64,000 bases of DNA from Desulfatiglandales bacterium (GCA_963667015.2 CAXXJJ010000004.1:736001-800000), one strand, 5' to 3'. Counted from the stretch's first letter, positions 1 to 10,852 are shown. Program-made: numbers and translations. Notes: generated by a model not told the origin, from the letters alone.

Positions 1-2057
1 TTGTAATCCAGGAATGTGGTATTCAGGGTTTTTCCCTTTTCCATTACAAACTGTTCCGACAGTACATATCCCAGACCCATATGAATGGAGCCTTCAAGCT
101 GGCCTTCAACAGAGGCATGGTTTAAGACGGTACCGCAGTCATGGGCTGTCCACATCTTCTTTACTTCGACCTTTCCTGTCTGCTCATCAACCTCGACCTC
201 GGCAACCTGTGCTCCGAAACTGAATGCAGGGGTAACCATCCCCATACCCCGCGGAGTATATGTACCTCTTGTTACCAGTGGGACACCTCTGTGAAATTTC
301 TGTGCAAGTGCGACTGCCTCGCCGAATGCAAGTCCTTTATCCGGACGAACCTGTGAGTATATACGTCCGCCTTTACACTCCAGTTCATGAATAACATTCA
401 GGTTAAAATGAGCGGTTACTGCGCCAAAGAGAATTTCCTTCATTTTTTTGGCTGCATCTATGACCGCGTTACCGGCCATAAGCGTTACACGGCTTCCCCA
501 TGACCCGAGATCTGCCTGGGGTGTTGTTGCTGTATCAGCCGATGTTATCCTTATATCCTCCATCCTTAAGCCCAGTTCTTCTGCAAGGATCTGTGGAAGA
601 ACAGTATCGGAACCCTGGCCAATGTCTGCAGCCATGGTAAGGAGATGAACTGTTCCGTCCGGAAAGGCCTTTAAATCAACAGCAGAGAAAGGATACTGAG
701 TGTTAAACCAGTTAAACACACCGCCGGAGATGAAACTGTAACAGCCAATACCGATACCCCTGCCCTTTTTGGGATTCTTTCTCTTTTCACGATATCCGCT
801 GACCTCTATTACCTTGTCAAGACATTCGGAGAATGCACAGCTTCCTATTTTGGACAGCTCCGGAATATCATCGCCTGTTTTCACTGCATTCATTCTTCTT
901 ATTTCTATTGGATCGATCCCCAGGTCTTTTGCTATCAGGTTCATCTGGGTTTCTGTGGCAAAATAGGACTGAGGAGAACCGAATCCCCTTATGGCGCTTG
1001 AAGGGGGATTATTGGTATAGACATGCTGACCTAAGAATCTGTAGCTTTTGTATTTGTACAGCATGAGTCCGAAGGTGCCGCTCAGGAAGGTGGCAGTGGG
1101 CCCCATTGCATTATAGGCGCCTCCATCCAGAAGTATCCTGAGATCTTTAGCCATGAGCGTACCGTCTTTTTTACACCCGACTTTTGAGAACAGTCTTATG
1201 GGGTGACGTCTTCTGCCTGTTGCCAGTTCCTCTTCCCTGGTAAGTGTGAACTTAACAGGTTTACCGGTCTTTTTAGCCATGAAGGCCGCGCAGACATCCC
1301 ACTTTCTCAACTCCATCTTGGCGCCAAAACCTCCGCCTACATGGGGTTTGATAACACGTATATCATTTTCCCTCATTCCCAGGGCACTTGCCAGCAGACA
1401 CTGAACAATATACGGGGTCTGGGTTGAGGTCCAGAGGGTTATCTTGCCGTCAGGGTCGCACTTGGCAAGAGAAGAACAGGGTTCCAGGTAGCAGGCGCTT
1501 ATGGCATGTACATTGAATGTGTCTTCTCTTATGTAATCACACTCTTCAAAGGCCTTGTCCAGGTCCCCGTGAGCTACCTTTCTTACAACACTGATATTGT
1601 TTTTATACAGGTCATGAATCACAGGTGCACCATCTGCAAGTGATGTGTCAAGATCAAATGATGCGGGCAGTTCTTCATATTCCACTTCTATAAGGTCCAG
1701 GGCCTCTTCTGCAATGTCTCTGTCAATAGCGGCTACCGCAGCTACTTCATCGCCTATAAACCTTACCCTCTCTCTGGCAAGGGCGGTTTCATCCTGTGTG
1801 TCTGTAAACAGACGCCAGTTCCCGAAACTCACATCAGGAAGGTCGGTGCCGGTAATTACACACTTCACCCCGGGCAGAGCCTCTGCCTTACTGGTATCAA
1901 TATTCAGGATGCGGGCATGGGCATAGGGACTCCTCAGAAGACGGCCATGCAGCATTCCGGGAAGTCTGATATCGTCCGTGTACTGCGCAGCACCTGTTGC
2001 CTTATCCCTTGTATGATTCCGGGGTACGCTTTGACCGATTATATCGTATTTACTCAT
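1..2057 (-). CDS. Xanthine dehydrogenase family molybdopterin-binding large subunit (3' end runs off the window)
   Basis: Manual translation from ATG at 2057: MSKYDIIGQSVPRNHTRDKATGAAQYTDDIRLPGMLHG...; Moco motifs VGGGFGAK, AIRGFGSPQ, GSWGSR, QVEGQLEG. Absent from the ORF track because there is no stop in the window. Confidence 0.9.
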   Translation of the reverse strand, partial: MSKYDIIGQSVPRNHTRDKATGAAQYTDDIRLPGMLHGRLLRSPYAHARILNIDTSKAEALPGVKCVITGTDLPDVSFGNWRLFTDTQDETALARERVRFIGDEVAAVAAIDRDIAEEALDLIEVEYEELPASFDLDTSLADGAPVIHDLYKNNISVVRKVAHGDLDKAFEECDYIREDTFNVHAISACYLEPCSSLAKCDPDGKITLWTSTQTPYIVQCLLASALGMRENDIRVIKPHVGGGFGAKMELRKWDVCAAFMAKKTGKPVKFTLTREEELATGRRRHPIRLFSKVGCKKDGTLMAKDLRILLDGGAYNAMGPTATFLSGTFGLMLYKYKSYRFLGQHVYTNNPPSSAIRGFGSPQSYFATETQMNLIAKDLGIDPIEIRRMNAVKTGDDIPELSKIGSCAFSECLDKVIEVSGYREKRKNPKKGRGIGIGCYSFISGGVFNWFNTQYPFSAVDLKAFPDGTVHLLTMAADIGQGSDTVLPQILAEELGLRMEDIRITSADTATTPQADLGSWGSRVTLMAGNAVIDAAKKMKEILFGAVTAHFNLNVIHELECKGGRIYSQVRPDKGLAFGEAVALAQKFHRGVPLVTRGTYTPRGMGMVTPAFSFGAQVAEVEVDEQTGKVEVKKMWTAHDCGTVLNHASVEGQLEGSIHMGLGYVLSEQFVMEKGKTLNTTFLDY

Positions 2058-2087
2058 TGTATTCCTTTCCCTCTAATGTAGCCCAGC

Positions 2088-2960
2088 TTATTCAGCAGCT
2101 CTTTTTATTGATTCGCTAATTGCCCTGCCGGTAAGGACAGCAACCATCAGCGTCCTGTATTCGGCAGAAGCCCTCATATCAGTAATGGGTTTTGCTTCCT
2201 TTGAAGCCTCAAGCCCTGCTGTCTGGAGGAGTTCTTCTGTCACTTTATTCCCCTTTAACACATTCTGTGCATTAGCAGCCATCATGGGAACAGGTGCAAC
2301 AGCACCGAGAAATATCCGGGCATCCTCGCAGACATCGCCATTCATAGTCAGCATGGCGCCTACACCAACGGCGGATATGTCTACCTTACCCCTGGCCGAT
2401 ATATGCTGATATGAAGTGCCTGATCCCACAGGAGGTACAGGTACATTAACAGAGGTAATAAGTTCACCCTGTTTTAGAACCGTCTGACCCGGCCCCATAA
2501 AAAACTCATCAAGAGGAATTGATTTTGTCCCGTCCGTTCCGGAAATGTTAACCTTTGCACCCATTGCCATCAGCACAGGGGCATTTTCTGCGGATGGTGC
2601 GGCATTACAAAGGTTGCCGGTTATTGATGCCATGTTCCTGATCTGAACATTTGCAGTGGCATGGGCAGCATCAGCAATTGCAGGATATTTATCCTTTATT
2701 AATGGATGGTTTTCAATGGTGGTGAGTGTTACTGTCGAGCCTATGGTAAGCCCCTTTTCCTCATCAAAGCTTATCTCATCAAGCCCCTGTATCTTTTTAA
2801 TATCGATTACAGCTTTGGGACTGATCATCTTTCGTTTGACCTTTAATAAAAGATCCGTTCCCCCTGCCATAAGCATTGCGCCCTTACCTAATTCAGCGGC
2901 AAGTTTACATGCCTTATCGATTGTATCGGGAGCATAGTAATCAAATCTGGAAAGACCCAT
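2088..2960 (-). CDS. Xanthine dehydrogenase family FAD-binding medium subunit
   Basis: AGGTDL, QIRNMASITGNLCNAAPSAE and PITDMRASAEYR motifs. Confidence 0.92.
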   Translation of the reverse strand: MGLSRFDYYAPDTIDKACKLAAELGKGAMLMAGGTDLLLKVKRKMISPKAVIDIKKIQGLDEISFDEEKGLTIGSTVTLTTIENHPLIKDKYPAIADAAHATANVQIRNMASITGNLCNAAPSAENAPVLMAMGAKVNISGTDGTKSIPLDEFFMGPGQTVLKQGELITSVNVPVPPVGSGTSYQHISARGKVDISAVGVGAMLTMNGDVCEDARIFLGAVAPVPMMAANAQNVLKGNKVTEELLQTAGLEASKEAKPITDMRASAEYRTLMVAVLTGRAISESIKRAAE

Positions 2961-2987
2961 TTTTATATCCTCATTTTAAAAGTATCT

Positions 2988-3467
2988 TTATTGTTTCTCT
3001 CTCATAGTATTTGCGGCGCTTTCAATTGCCTCAACTATTTTATAGTATCCTGTACATCTGCAGAGGTTGCCGGATATAGCAGTCCTTATCTCCTCTTCAG
3101 TGGGTGAGGTGTTTTTGCTCAGCAGATTTAGGGCTGACATTTCCATACCTGCAGTACAAAATCCGCACTGGATAGCGCCCTTTTCAATAAATGCCTCCTG
3201 TATAGGGTGCAGTTCCTCGCCCGATATTGCCAGTCCTTCAACAGTTTTTATCTCTTTACCCTCACATGACACTGCCAGCGTAAGACAGGAACTGACTGAA
3301 TTTCCGTCGATCATAACCGTGCAGGCCCCGCAATCGCCGTCACTGCAGCCCAGTTTTGTACCGGTAAGTCCAAGATCGTCTCTCAGGACCTCATTCAGAG
3401 TACGTGATGAGTCGCAGGCAACGGTATAGTTATCACCATTTACGTTTAAAGTGATGAGATGCTTCAT
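2988..3467 (-). CDS. Xanthine dehydrogenase family 2x[2Fe-2S] small subunit
   Basis: GCSDGDCGACTV, QCGFC and NLCRCTGY motifs; start placed at ATG 3467 behind a GGAGG RBS. Confidence 0.93.
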   Translation of the reverse strand: MKHLITLNVNGDNYTVACDSSRTLNEVLRDDLGLTGTKLGCSDGDCGACTVMIDGNSVSSCLTLAVSCEGKEIKTVEGLAISGEELHPIQEAFIEKGAIQCGFCTAGMEMSALNLLSKNTSPTEEEIRTAISGNLCRCTGYYKIVEAIESAANTMREKQ

Positions 3468-3550
3468 ATACCTTTTTCCTCCTGTTTCATATTTTATAAT
3501 CATTAAGCTAAATCTATATTAAATACACTCCAGTCAGAGTGGATCCTATC

Positions 3551-4210
3551 CTATATGGATAACTGAACCGGATGCCCGCTTCTGTCCCTGATAATACCTC
3601 TTGCAAGCACATTCAGTGTAAGATCACGGGTAGTTTCTATGTGGGTTTTTCCGGTGATCTCATTTTTACTCCTTTCAACCTGCATTAAACCAAAAAAGGA
3701 ACTCCATATTACCTCTGCCAGGGTTCTCGGATTACAGTCTATAAATATCCCCTGCTCTACCCCGAATTCCGCTATCTTATGCTGATAGGTAACGGCCTGG
3801 GATCCGGCCTGGTATAATAGATCCCGCAGGTCATCAGAGAGATTCCGGACAACTTCATTCTGATGGAAATACATGGAGGCATTAAATGCAACAGGGTCCT
3901 TTTGATAAAATCTGCTGAAACAATCCCACAACTCTTCCAGTAGAGAACCGGCTATCTCTTTTCTGCGCCTATAGACATCATTTAAGAGCGAACAGAAATA
4001 ATCCATATATTCCTTGATTGCGCTGATAAATATCTCATCTTTATTCTTAAAATAGAGATACAGCGAGGCACGGCTTAACTCTGCGCGTTCCGCTATTTTT
4101 TCCATGGTGATGGCATAGTAGCCCTCTTCATCATAGATCTCCATGGCAGCCCGAATCGCCTGATCCCTGCGCTGTTGTTTTTCACGCTCTCTTCTTTCTG
4201 CAACACCCAT
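3551..4210 (-). CDS. TetR/AcrR family transcriptional regulator
   Basis: N-terminal HTH ITMEKIAERAELSRASLYLYFKNKDEI. Confidence 0.92.
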   Translation of the reverse strand: MGVAERREREKQQRRDQAIRAAMEIYDEEGYYAITMEKIAERAELSRASLYLYFKNKDEIFISAIKEYMDYFCSLLNDVYRRRKEIAGSLLEELWDCFSRFYQKDPVAFNASMYFHQNEVVRNLSDDLRDLLYQAGSQAVTYQHKIAEFGVEQGIFIDCNPRTLAEVIWSSFFGLMQVERSKNEITGKTHIETTRDLTLNVLARGIIRDRSGHPVQLSI

Positions 4211-4490
4211 TTTAAGACCTTTTTATCGCTATTCCGGGATAATTAAAAATAACTTTTTTCCTCGACAGAACCATTCATTAGACAGAGGGTCCACATACTA
4301 GATTGAGAGTACAGAGTTGTCAAGCCGGAAATTAGCGAAACTATCTGAAAAAAGGAATGTTTATAATATATGATAAGTGGATTATAATCAGTAAAAATAT
4401 TGGATTAAAAGATCTGTTTTGAAGATTTTAAAAGAAATATTTGAAAAAACGGAAGACTGCGGACGTTGTGTTATACCCCTTGAAATTCCC

Positions 4491-4790
4491 TTAAATCCTC
4501 ACGCCTGCAAAAGATGTATTTCCCATGGATGTCTTTACCTCGCCTGAGATATTATCTCCATCCACCTTACCCGAACCTGATACTTCGATTTTTTTAAAGA
4601 ATTTCTTCATTGTCAGGGCAAATGAAAATCTGCTTCCCTCAACTTTTCCCCCGTTAAAACCGATCGTTCCCATTACGCCTGATGACATGGTTCCGCTAAG
4701 CTCTTCGCCGTCTATTTTAAGGATTAAGGTGCTCTCCATGCTCCCCATTGGGGTTTCTGCTGTAATTTTGTATGTTCCATCAACACTCAT
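4491..4790 (-). CDS. Small all-beta hypothetical protein
   Basis: 99-aa ORF with GGAG RBS and beta-strand/Gly pattern (VDGTYKITAETPMG). Confidence 0.65.
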   Translation of the reverse strand: MSVDGTYKITAETPMGSMESTLILKIDGEELSGTMSSGVMGTIGFNGGKVEGSRFSFALTMKKFFKKIEVSGSGKVDGDNISGEVKTSMGNTSFAGVRI

Positions 4791-5100
4791 TTAAAAGTCT
4801 CCGATCTGTTTTATGGGAGAAGATAACAACCCTATAAACAGTTTTCAAGCGAATGTTTAATTCTTAAAATAAATATTCTTTCCCTCGAATACCCGGTTCC
4901 TCTCTTTCAACTCTTTGAGGATATACAAAAAAAAATTAGTTAAAATTTTACAAAAGGTATATAACCTTTTCCAGCATCAAAGTTTCACTATTTTTAAATA
5001 GGTATAATTATCATAATATGATATAATTAAGTTTATTATTAGTTGAATTTATAAATCATGCAACATTTTGACCTGTTTATTATTTTTAATTCAACGGCAT

Positions 5101-7320
5101 ATGAAAAATCTACACGATACTTTATTTAGAATCCGCGGCCTGAGCCTTAAGCTTAAACTGCTTATTCCCTTTTTATTTTTTGCCTTTTCAAGCACGTCAA
5201 TCCTTACGATAATCAGTACCACCTCCCAGCAGAACCTCATTAAAAAAGAAGAGAGGAATCTGATATCACAGCACTACAGATATTTTTTAGATAAGGTTAA
5301 ACAGCGTGAAATGCAGTCTTTATCAATCGCGTCTTCAATTGCAGGCATTCCTGATGTAGCGCTTTTACTGGCGAAACAGGACAGGAGTAAACTGTATGAC
5401 CTTTTAAAATATCCATATAAGGCCCTGACGGAGAACAACGATATCTCCCAGTTCCATTTTCATATTCCACCGGGAATTTCTTTTTTAAGACTGCACAAAC
5501 CGGAACAATATGGTGATGACATTGAGTCCTACAGAAAAACTGTATCTCAGGCGCTTTCCGGGTCAAAATCGTCCGCCTGCATTGAAAGAGGCGCTACAGG
5601 GCTTGGCATAAGAGGCGTTGTGCCGGTGGAGCACGAAGGAAAGACTATCGGGAGTATAGAAATCGGTTTTTCTCTTGGAAAAACCTTTGTTGAGGAATTC
5701 CAGAGGAGCTGGAAAATTAACACTGCTCTTTACGAATTAGACAGCTCCGGAAAATACAGTCTTATCGCGGCCGCCGGAGACTTTTATCTTAAAGATATTA
5801 CAGGCACTTACAACATTCCTGAATCAACTGACAATCCGCTGGTGCTGATTTCACCTGAAAAATACCATGACAGGTCAATTATTATGGGCCCTATAAGGGA
5901 TTGTTCAGGCAAAACAGTCGCATTGATAGTATTAAATTCGGACCGATCCGGAATTATTAAAAGACTGGCGGGTACACAAAACCTCATGATATCCATGGGA
6001 TTTGCAGTAATAATCGTATCATTTCTCTTTATCTACCTTGTGATCGATCTATTCATAAAGCCTATCAAGGAAATAGTTGATGAAGCCGAAGATATTGCCC
6101 TTGGCAAAAGGGAAAGCAGGATCGAAGAAAAACCTGCCGATGAAATCGGATCGCTTGCCAACACCCTCAACACCATGCTTGAAGCCTTGAAAAAAAGGCG
6201 CATAGAGGTTGAAAATTATGCAAAGACCCTTGAAAAACGAGTGGATGAAAGAACAGCCGAACTTCTTGAGTCCGAGGAAAAATACAGGACTGTGGTTGAA
6301 AATGTTCCGGTTGTTGTTTTCAGAATATTAAAGGATGGAACTACCGAGTTTGTAAACTCTTATCTCACTGAAAATATCGGGTATTCTATCGAAGAGGCCG
6401 TGAGAGACAAAAGATTCTGGAGGGATAAAATTGCAAGTGAAGAACCTGAAACCTTCAATACCATTCGTGAAACCTGCTTTATGAAAGGCGAAGACTGCCG
6501 CATTGATCACAAGGTAAGATCAAAGGACGGCAGGCTCCTTTATTTTATAACCCATGCCATTCCAACCAAAAATGAATACGGAGATGTAAAATGGGTTGAC
6601 GGTTTTATGCTTGATATAACAGAACTTAAAAAGCTTCAGGAACGGGCGATTCAGACGGAAGAAATAAGGACATTGGGTGAAATTTCAGCACGGATGGCCC
6701 ATGAAATAAGGAACCCTCTCAGCATTGCAGGCGGGTTTGCAAGAAGGCTGAGAGACAGCATGGATAACGAAGACCCAAATAAAAGACTATCCGTTATAAT
6801 CGTTGAGGAGGTCGCCAAGCTTGAGATATTTGTTACCGGCCTGTTATCAACCATATCCCCCTTTGAACTTAAACTTGAGCCGGTAAACCTCAATGAACTT
6901 ATTTCCGAATCACTCTCAGAGCTTGAGCATTTCAGCAGCAGGAGAAGACTTAAGATAGTTGCCGAACTTAAAAAAAATATACCTGCCCTGCAGGCTGATT
7001 ACAGACTGCTGTGTCAGGCAGTAATTAATATTCTAAAACACTCTATTGTATCAACACCTTCAGATAAAAGTATATCGATCTCAACTGCTGTTGCTGACGA
7101 CGAGATTATCATTGAGATCTCTCATATAATTGAACATATGTCAGATGCAGATATCGAGCAGTTCTTCTTTCCTCATATTGAGCCGAATCTGGAAGAAAGT
7201 GTTCTGGATCTTCCTTTATCCAAGATTATCATCCACAGGCATGGAGGAAAAATTGACCTCATTAGAGAGGAAGATAATTTATTAAGAATAATTATCTCCT
7301 TCCCTAATACACTGGATTAG
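5101..7320 (+). CDS. Membrane sensor histidine-kinase-like protein (Cache, HAMP, PAS, HisKA, degenerate HATPase)
   Basis: Two TM segments, SFLRLHKPEQYGDD Cache motif, HAMP DEIGSLA, PAS domain, H-box MAHEIRNPL. Confidence 0.85.
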   Translation: MKNLHDTLFRIRGLSLKLKLLIPFLFFAFSSTSILTIISTTSQQNLIKKEERNLISQHYRYFLDKVKQREMQSLSIASSIAGIPDVALLLAKQDRSKLYDLLKYPYKALTENNDISQFHFHIPPGISFLRLHKPEQYGDDIESYRKTVSQALSGSKSSACIERGATGLGIRGVVPVEHEGKTIGSIEIGFSLGKTFVEEFQRSWKINTALYELDSSGKYSLIAAAGDFYLKDITGTYNIPESTDNPLVLISPEKYHDRSIIMGPIRDCSGKTVALIVLNSDRSGIIKRLAGTQNLMISMGFAVIIVSFLFIYLVIDLFIKPIKEIVDEAEDIALGKRESRIEEKPADEIGSLANTLNTMLEALKKRRIEVENYAKTLEKRVDERTAELLESEEKYRTVVENVPVVVFRILKDGTTEFVNSYLTENIGYSIEEAVRDKRFWRDKIASEEPETFNTIRETCFMKGEDCRIDHKVRSKDGRLLYFITHAIPTKNEYGDVKWVDGFMLDITELKKLQERAIQTEEIRTLGEISARMAHEIRNPLSIAGGFARRLRDSMDNEDPNKRLSVIIVEEVAKLEIFVTGLLSTISPFELKLEPVNLNELISESLSELEHFSSRRRLKIVAELKKNIPALQADYRLLCQAVINILKHSIVSTPSDKSISISTAVADDEIIIEISHIIEHMSDADIEQFFFPHIEPNLEESVLDLPLSKIIIHRHGGKIDLIREEDNLLRIIISFPNTLD

Positions 7321-7329
7321 AAATAAATT

Positions 7330-8367
7330 TTATTGTTTGCCGAATCCGCAGACCGGATAGCGGCACTCTTTACAGCTTGAACAAAAGCCGCCATGGCCGA
7401 GTGAAGAAATATATTCCTTGGTAACTTCCTCGCCTGCAACTATCATCGGTACGGTCAGCTCAAAGATACTCGCCTTGTGATACATGACACATCCCGGAAG
7501 ACCTACAAGCGCTATATCGCCCAGGTAGCCAAGCATAAACATGGCGCCGGGATATACCGGGGCTCCGTATGTTATTACCTTTGCACCTGTTGCCCTGATA
7601 CTTGAAGGGGTCAGGTCATCAGGGTCAACAGACATACCGCCTGTAAGGGCAATAAGCTCTGCACCCTCGTTTATAAGCTCATTAATAGCCGCAACCGTTT
7701 TTTCAACATCATCATCAACAAAAATCTGCCTGATTACTTCACAATTCAGCTGGGCAAATTTCTTTTTCAGCACCGGTCCGAATTTATCCTTTATACGTCC
7801 GCTGTAAACTTCACTGCCGGTAGTGACAACACCGACCTTGAGATTTCTGAATGGCTTAACATCAATTACAGGATAATACTCCTTACATATGCGCTCAACC
7901 TCGGCTATATTTTTCTCTACAGTGGCAAGCGGTATTATTCTTGTACCGGCCAGACCGGTTTCAGAAAAGACAATCTGGTTTCCATGTATCGTGGCAAAAG
8001 TGATGTCATCCACCGAATTAATCTTAAGCAGCGCTTCTTTATTGATCTTTAATAATCCTGATCCGGTTGATATAAAATTAATCCTTCCTTCGGACGGTTC
8101 GGTCAGCCTGACGCCATTTCCACATGCCGCCCTGGCTATTCTTTCTGCCGCATCATTTTCATGGACAAAACCGTCATCAGGGTCAAAGACATATATGTTT
8201 TGTTTACCCATATCCAGAAGCTGAGAGACATCTTCCTCTCTTATGACATGCCCCTTTTTAAAGGCGGGTCCTTTGAACTCCCCCGGAACAATCTGCGTCA
8301 TATCATGAGCAAGCATCATGCCGACGGCCTCTTGAAGGGGAACACTCTTATATTTTATTTCATTCAT
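7330..8367 (-). CDS. Molybdopterin-binding (MoeA-like) protein with C-terminal Cys cluster
   Basis: TTGSEV, TGGMSVDPDD, PGAMF, GLPGC and a CxxCxxCxYPxCGFG tail. Confidence 0.85.
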   Translation of the reverse strand: MNEIKYKSVPLQEAVGMMLAHDMTQIVPGEFKGPAFKKGHVIREEDVSQLLDMGKQNIYVFDPDDGFVHENDAAERIARAACGNGVRLTEPSEGRINFISTGSGLLKINKEALLKINSVDDITFATIHGNQIVFSETGLAGTRIIPLATVEKNIAEVERICKEYYPVIDVKPFRNLKVGVVTTGSEVYSGRIKDKFGPVLKKKFAQLNCEVIRQIFVDDDVEKTVAAINELINEGAELIALTGGMSVDPDDLTPSSIRATGAKVITYGAPVYPGAMFMLGYLGDIALVGLPGCVMYHKASIFELTVPMIVAGEEVTKEYISSLGHGGFCSSCKECRYPVCGFGKQ

Positions 8368-8551
8368 TTATATTTCTCCTGCAGGATCTTCAGAACAATA
8401 ACAATAACATAGATATGTTAATAATGAAACAAGGGTATAGATTAAATTTAATTTTCTGTCAATAGAAGAAAATAAAAAACTATTGCCTCAAATCAATAAC
8501 TTTATTAAACTCTGAAGATTAATAAAATACTCTTTCAGGGAGGAAAACACC

Positions 8552-10264
8552 TTGAACTCACTGTTTCTCGCCATTGTCACTGCTGTCTTGTATACAATTG
8601 CATATCACACCTATGGCAAATACCTTGCAAAAAAAATATTTAAACTGGAACCGGACGCTGTCTGTCCCAGCTCTGCCCTCAGAGATGATATTGATTTTGT
8701 CCCCACCCAGAAACCTGTCCTTTTCGGACACCATTTTACATCAATAGCCGGCACCGGACCCATTCTTGGACCGGCTGTTGCCATTATTTGGGGCTGGGTT
8801 CCGGCGATGATATGGATTATTGTAGGTTCTATTTTCATGGGTGCTGTACATGATTTCGGAGCAATGGTAATCTCTCTCAGAAATCAGGGACGATCCATAG
8901 GTGATATTTCAGCCGATATAATCAATAAAAGGGTAAGGTTTCTTTTTCTGCTTATCATATTTTTTCTTCTCTGGATTGTTGTGGCCATTTTTGGAGTAGT
9001 AATAGGGATTGTATTCGATCTCTACCCACAGTCAGTTATCCCTGTGTTCTGCGAAATTCCTATAGCTCTCTGGCTTGGATATAAGGTTTATAAAAAAGGT
9101 GCATCTCACGTTTCAACAAGTATTGTCGCTGTGGTCCTCATGTACATCACTGTAGCCATTGGAGCCTATCTCCCTTTAAATATAGAGCCCTTTGCCTCAC
9201 TGCTGGGCCTCAGTCCAGTTGCGCTTTGGGTAATAATTCTTCTTATATATGCATATATTGCATCAACACTCCCGGTTCAGGTCCTTCTCCAGCCAAGGGA
9301 TTATATCAACTCACATCAGCTTTTTATTGCACTCGGCCTGCTGTCACTCGGTGTTATCTTTTCGCGCCCTGATATAGTTGCCCCGGCATCAAATCTATCG
9401 CCCCAGGGTGCACCTCCAATGTGGCCCATGATATTTGTAATAATAGCATGCGGGGCTATCTCAGGATTTCATGCGCTGGTATCATCAGGCACAACATCAA
9501 AACAGTGTGATGCTGAAACGAGTTCCCTCACAATAGGCTATGGCGGAATGCTCCTTGAAGGCATGCTTGCAACCTTTGTTTTAATAGCGTGCGGTGCCGG
9601 AATCGCTATGGGCTTTGATAAGGGAGGAGAAATATTTACAGGAGTTGAGGCATTTAATCATCACTATGCAAGCTGGATTGGGGGAAGCGGCCTGGGAAAC
9701 AGGCTGAGCGCCTTTGTGGTAGGTTCCGCAAACATGATTGAATCAATCGGTATCCCGGCGAATATATGCATGACCATCATGGGTGTGTTTATTGTTTCCT
9801 TTGCGGCAACAACACTGGATACAGCTACACGCCTCCAGAGATACATTGTCAGTGAAATTTGTGTTTCCATTAATTTCAAGGCAGGGGCGAAAAAACATCC
9901 GGCAACTATGATTGCAGTTTTAACAGCACTGATTCTCGCATTTTATAATGGAAGCGGAACCGGAGCACTCGTATTATGGCCGCTTTTCGGGGCTACAAAC
10001 CAGTTACTTGCAGGTCTTGCACTGCTGGTTATAACCATTTACCTTGCCAGAAAAAAAATAAACTGCCTCTACACATTAATACCCATGGTCTTTATGGTAA
10101 TAATGACAGGATGGGCAATGTTCATAAATCTGGATGATTTCTATAAGGATGGAAACTGGCTTTTGTTTTGTATAGGGTTCATTACAATGCTTCTTGAAAC
10201 ATGGATGATAATAGAAAGTATCGTTGTAATGAAGGAAGTACTGACATCATCTGCCAGACACTAG
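8552..10264 (+). CDS. cstA: Carbon starvation protein A (peptide/pyruvate transporter family)
   Basis: LFGHHFTSIAGTGPILGP, QPRDYIN, IACGAISGFH, WPLFGATNQLLA; many TM helices. Confidence 0.93.
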   Translation: MNSLFLAIVTAVLYTIAYHTYGKYLAKKIFKLEPDAVCPSSALRDDIDFVPTQKPVLFGHHFTSIAGTGPILGPAVAIIWGWVPAMIWIIVGSIFMGAVHDFGAMVISLRNQGRSIGDISADIINKRVRFLFLLIIFFLLWIVVAIFGVVIGIVFDLYPQSVIPVFCEIPIALWLGYKVYKKGASHVSTSIVAVVLMYITVAIGAYLPLNIEPFASLLGLSPVALWVIILLIYAYIASTLPVQVLLQPRDYINSHQLFIALGLLSLGVIFSRPDIVAPASNLSPQGAPPMWPMIFVIIACGAISGFHALVSSGTTSKQCDAETSSLTIGYGGMLLEGMLATFVLIACGAGIAMGFDKGGEIFTGVEAFNHHYASWIGGSGLGNRLSAFVVGSANMIESIGIPANICMTIMGVFIVSFAATTLDTATRLQRYIVSEICVSINFKAGAKKHPATMIAVLTALILAFYNGSGTGALVLWPLFGATNQLLAGLALLVITIYLARKKINCLYTLIPMVFMVIMTGWAMFINLDDFYKDGNWLLFCIGFITMLLETWMIIESIVVMKEVLTSSARH

Positions 10265-10464
10265 AGACAGGGCATACTTTATCTATAGCAGAGGATCTGA
10301 AGGGATTGCAGCTTAAAACTATGCATTCTATTACCCAAAATAGGCATTTAATTACATACTTATCTGGTAATTATTTACAACCGTGAAAACTACAATAAAT
10401 ATACCTGTTCGACATCTATCTGTTTTAATTAGTACTTGTATTGCATTTATCATTAAAAAAAATC

Positions 10465-10480
10465 TGGCTTGATATTTGCT
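10465..10480 (+). promoter_or_regulatory. Putative sigma54 -24/-12 promoter
   Basis: TGGCTTGATATTTGCT = GG-N10-GC upstream of ORF 10553. Confidence 0.6.
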
Positions 10481-10552
10481 TGTATTCTTAGAAATAATTT
10501 ACAATAATAGATTCTAATATTTAGTTTCAGCAGGGGGAATTCCGTTAAAAAA

Positions 10553-10852
10553 ATGGAACTGTTGAATACTTCAAGGAGGAAAAAGCTGTTTTTTATGGCG
10601 CCACATATGGATTCTAACTCTATCGATATTGAAAAGGTTTTCTTTAGCCATCTTGAAAAAAAAGGCATTGAACAGATTATTATTAACAGATTTATTAAAG
10701 ACCTTGTAAATTCAAATTTTGATGATCCAGGTACAAGCCTCCACCAGGTAAGTAATTGTTTAACCTCTCTTGGATGGGACGATACGTTAATTGACTACCA
10801 TACAATCCAACTGGCCAAGGCATATCTTGAAAACAACGGCTCCATGAGCTGA
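10553..10852 (+). CDS. Small hypothetical protein
   Basis: 99-aa ORF downstream of a sigma54-like site; the true start may be a later ATG. Confidence 0.6.
   Translation: MELLNTSRRKKLFFMAPHMDSNSIDIEKVFFSHLEKKGIEQIIINRFIKDLVNSNFDDPGTSLHQVSNCLTSLGWDDTLIDYHTIQLAKAYLENNGSMS

Noticed and set aside
1..3467. 4-hydroxybenzoyl-CoA reductase or aerobic CO dehydrogenase
   Set aside because: No [4Fe-4S] insertion in the FAD subunit and no AYxCSFR loop.
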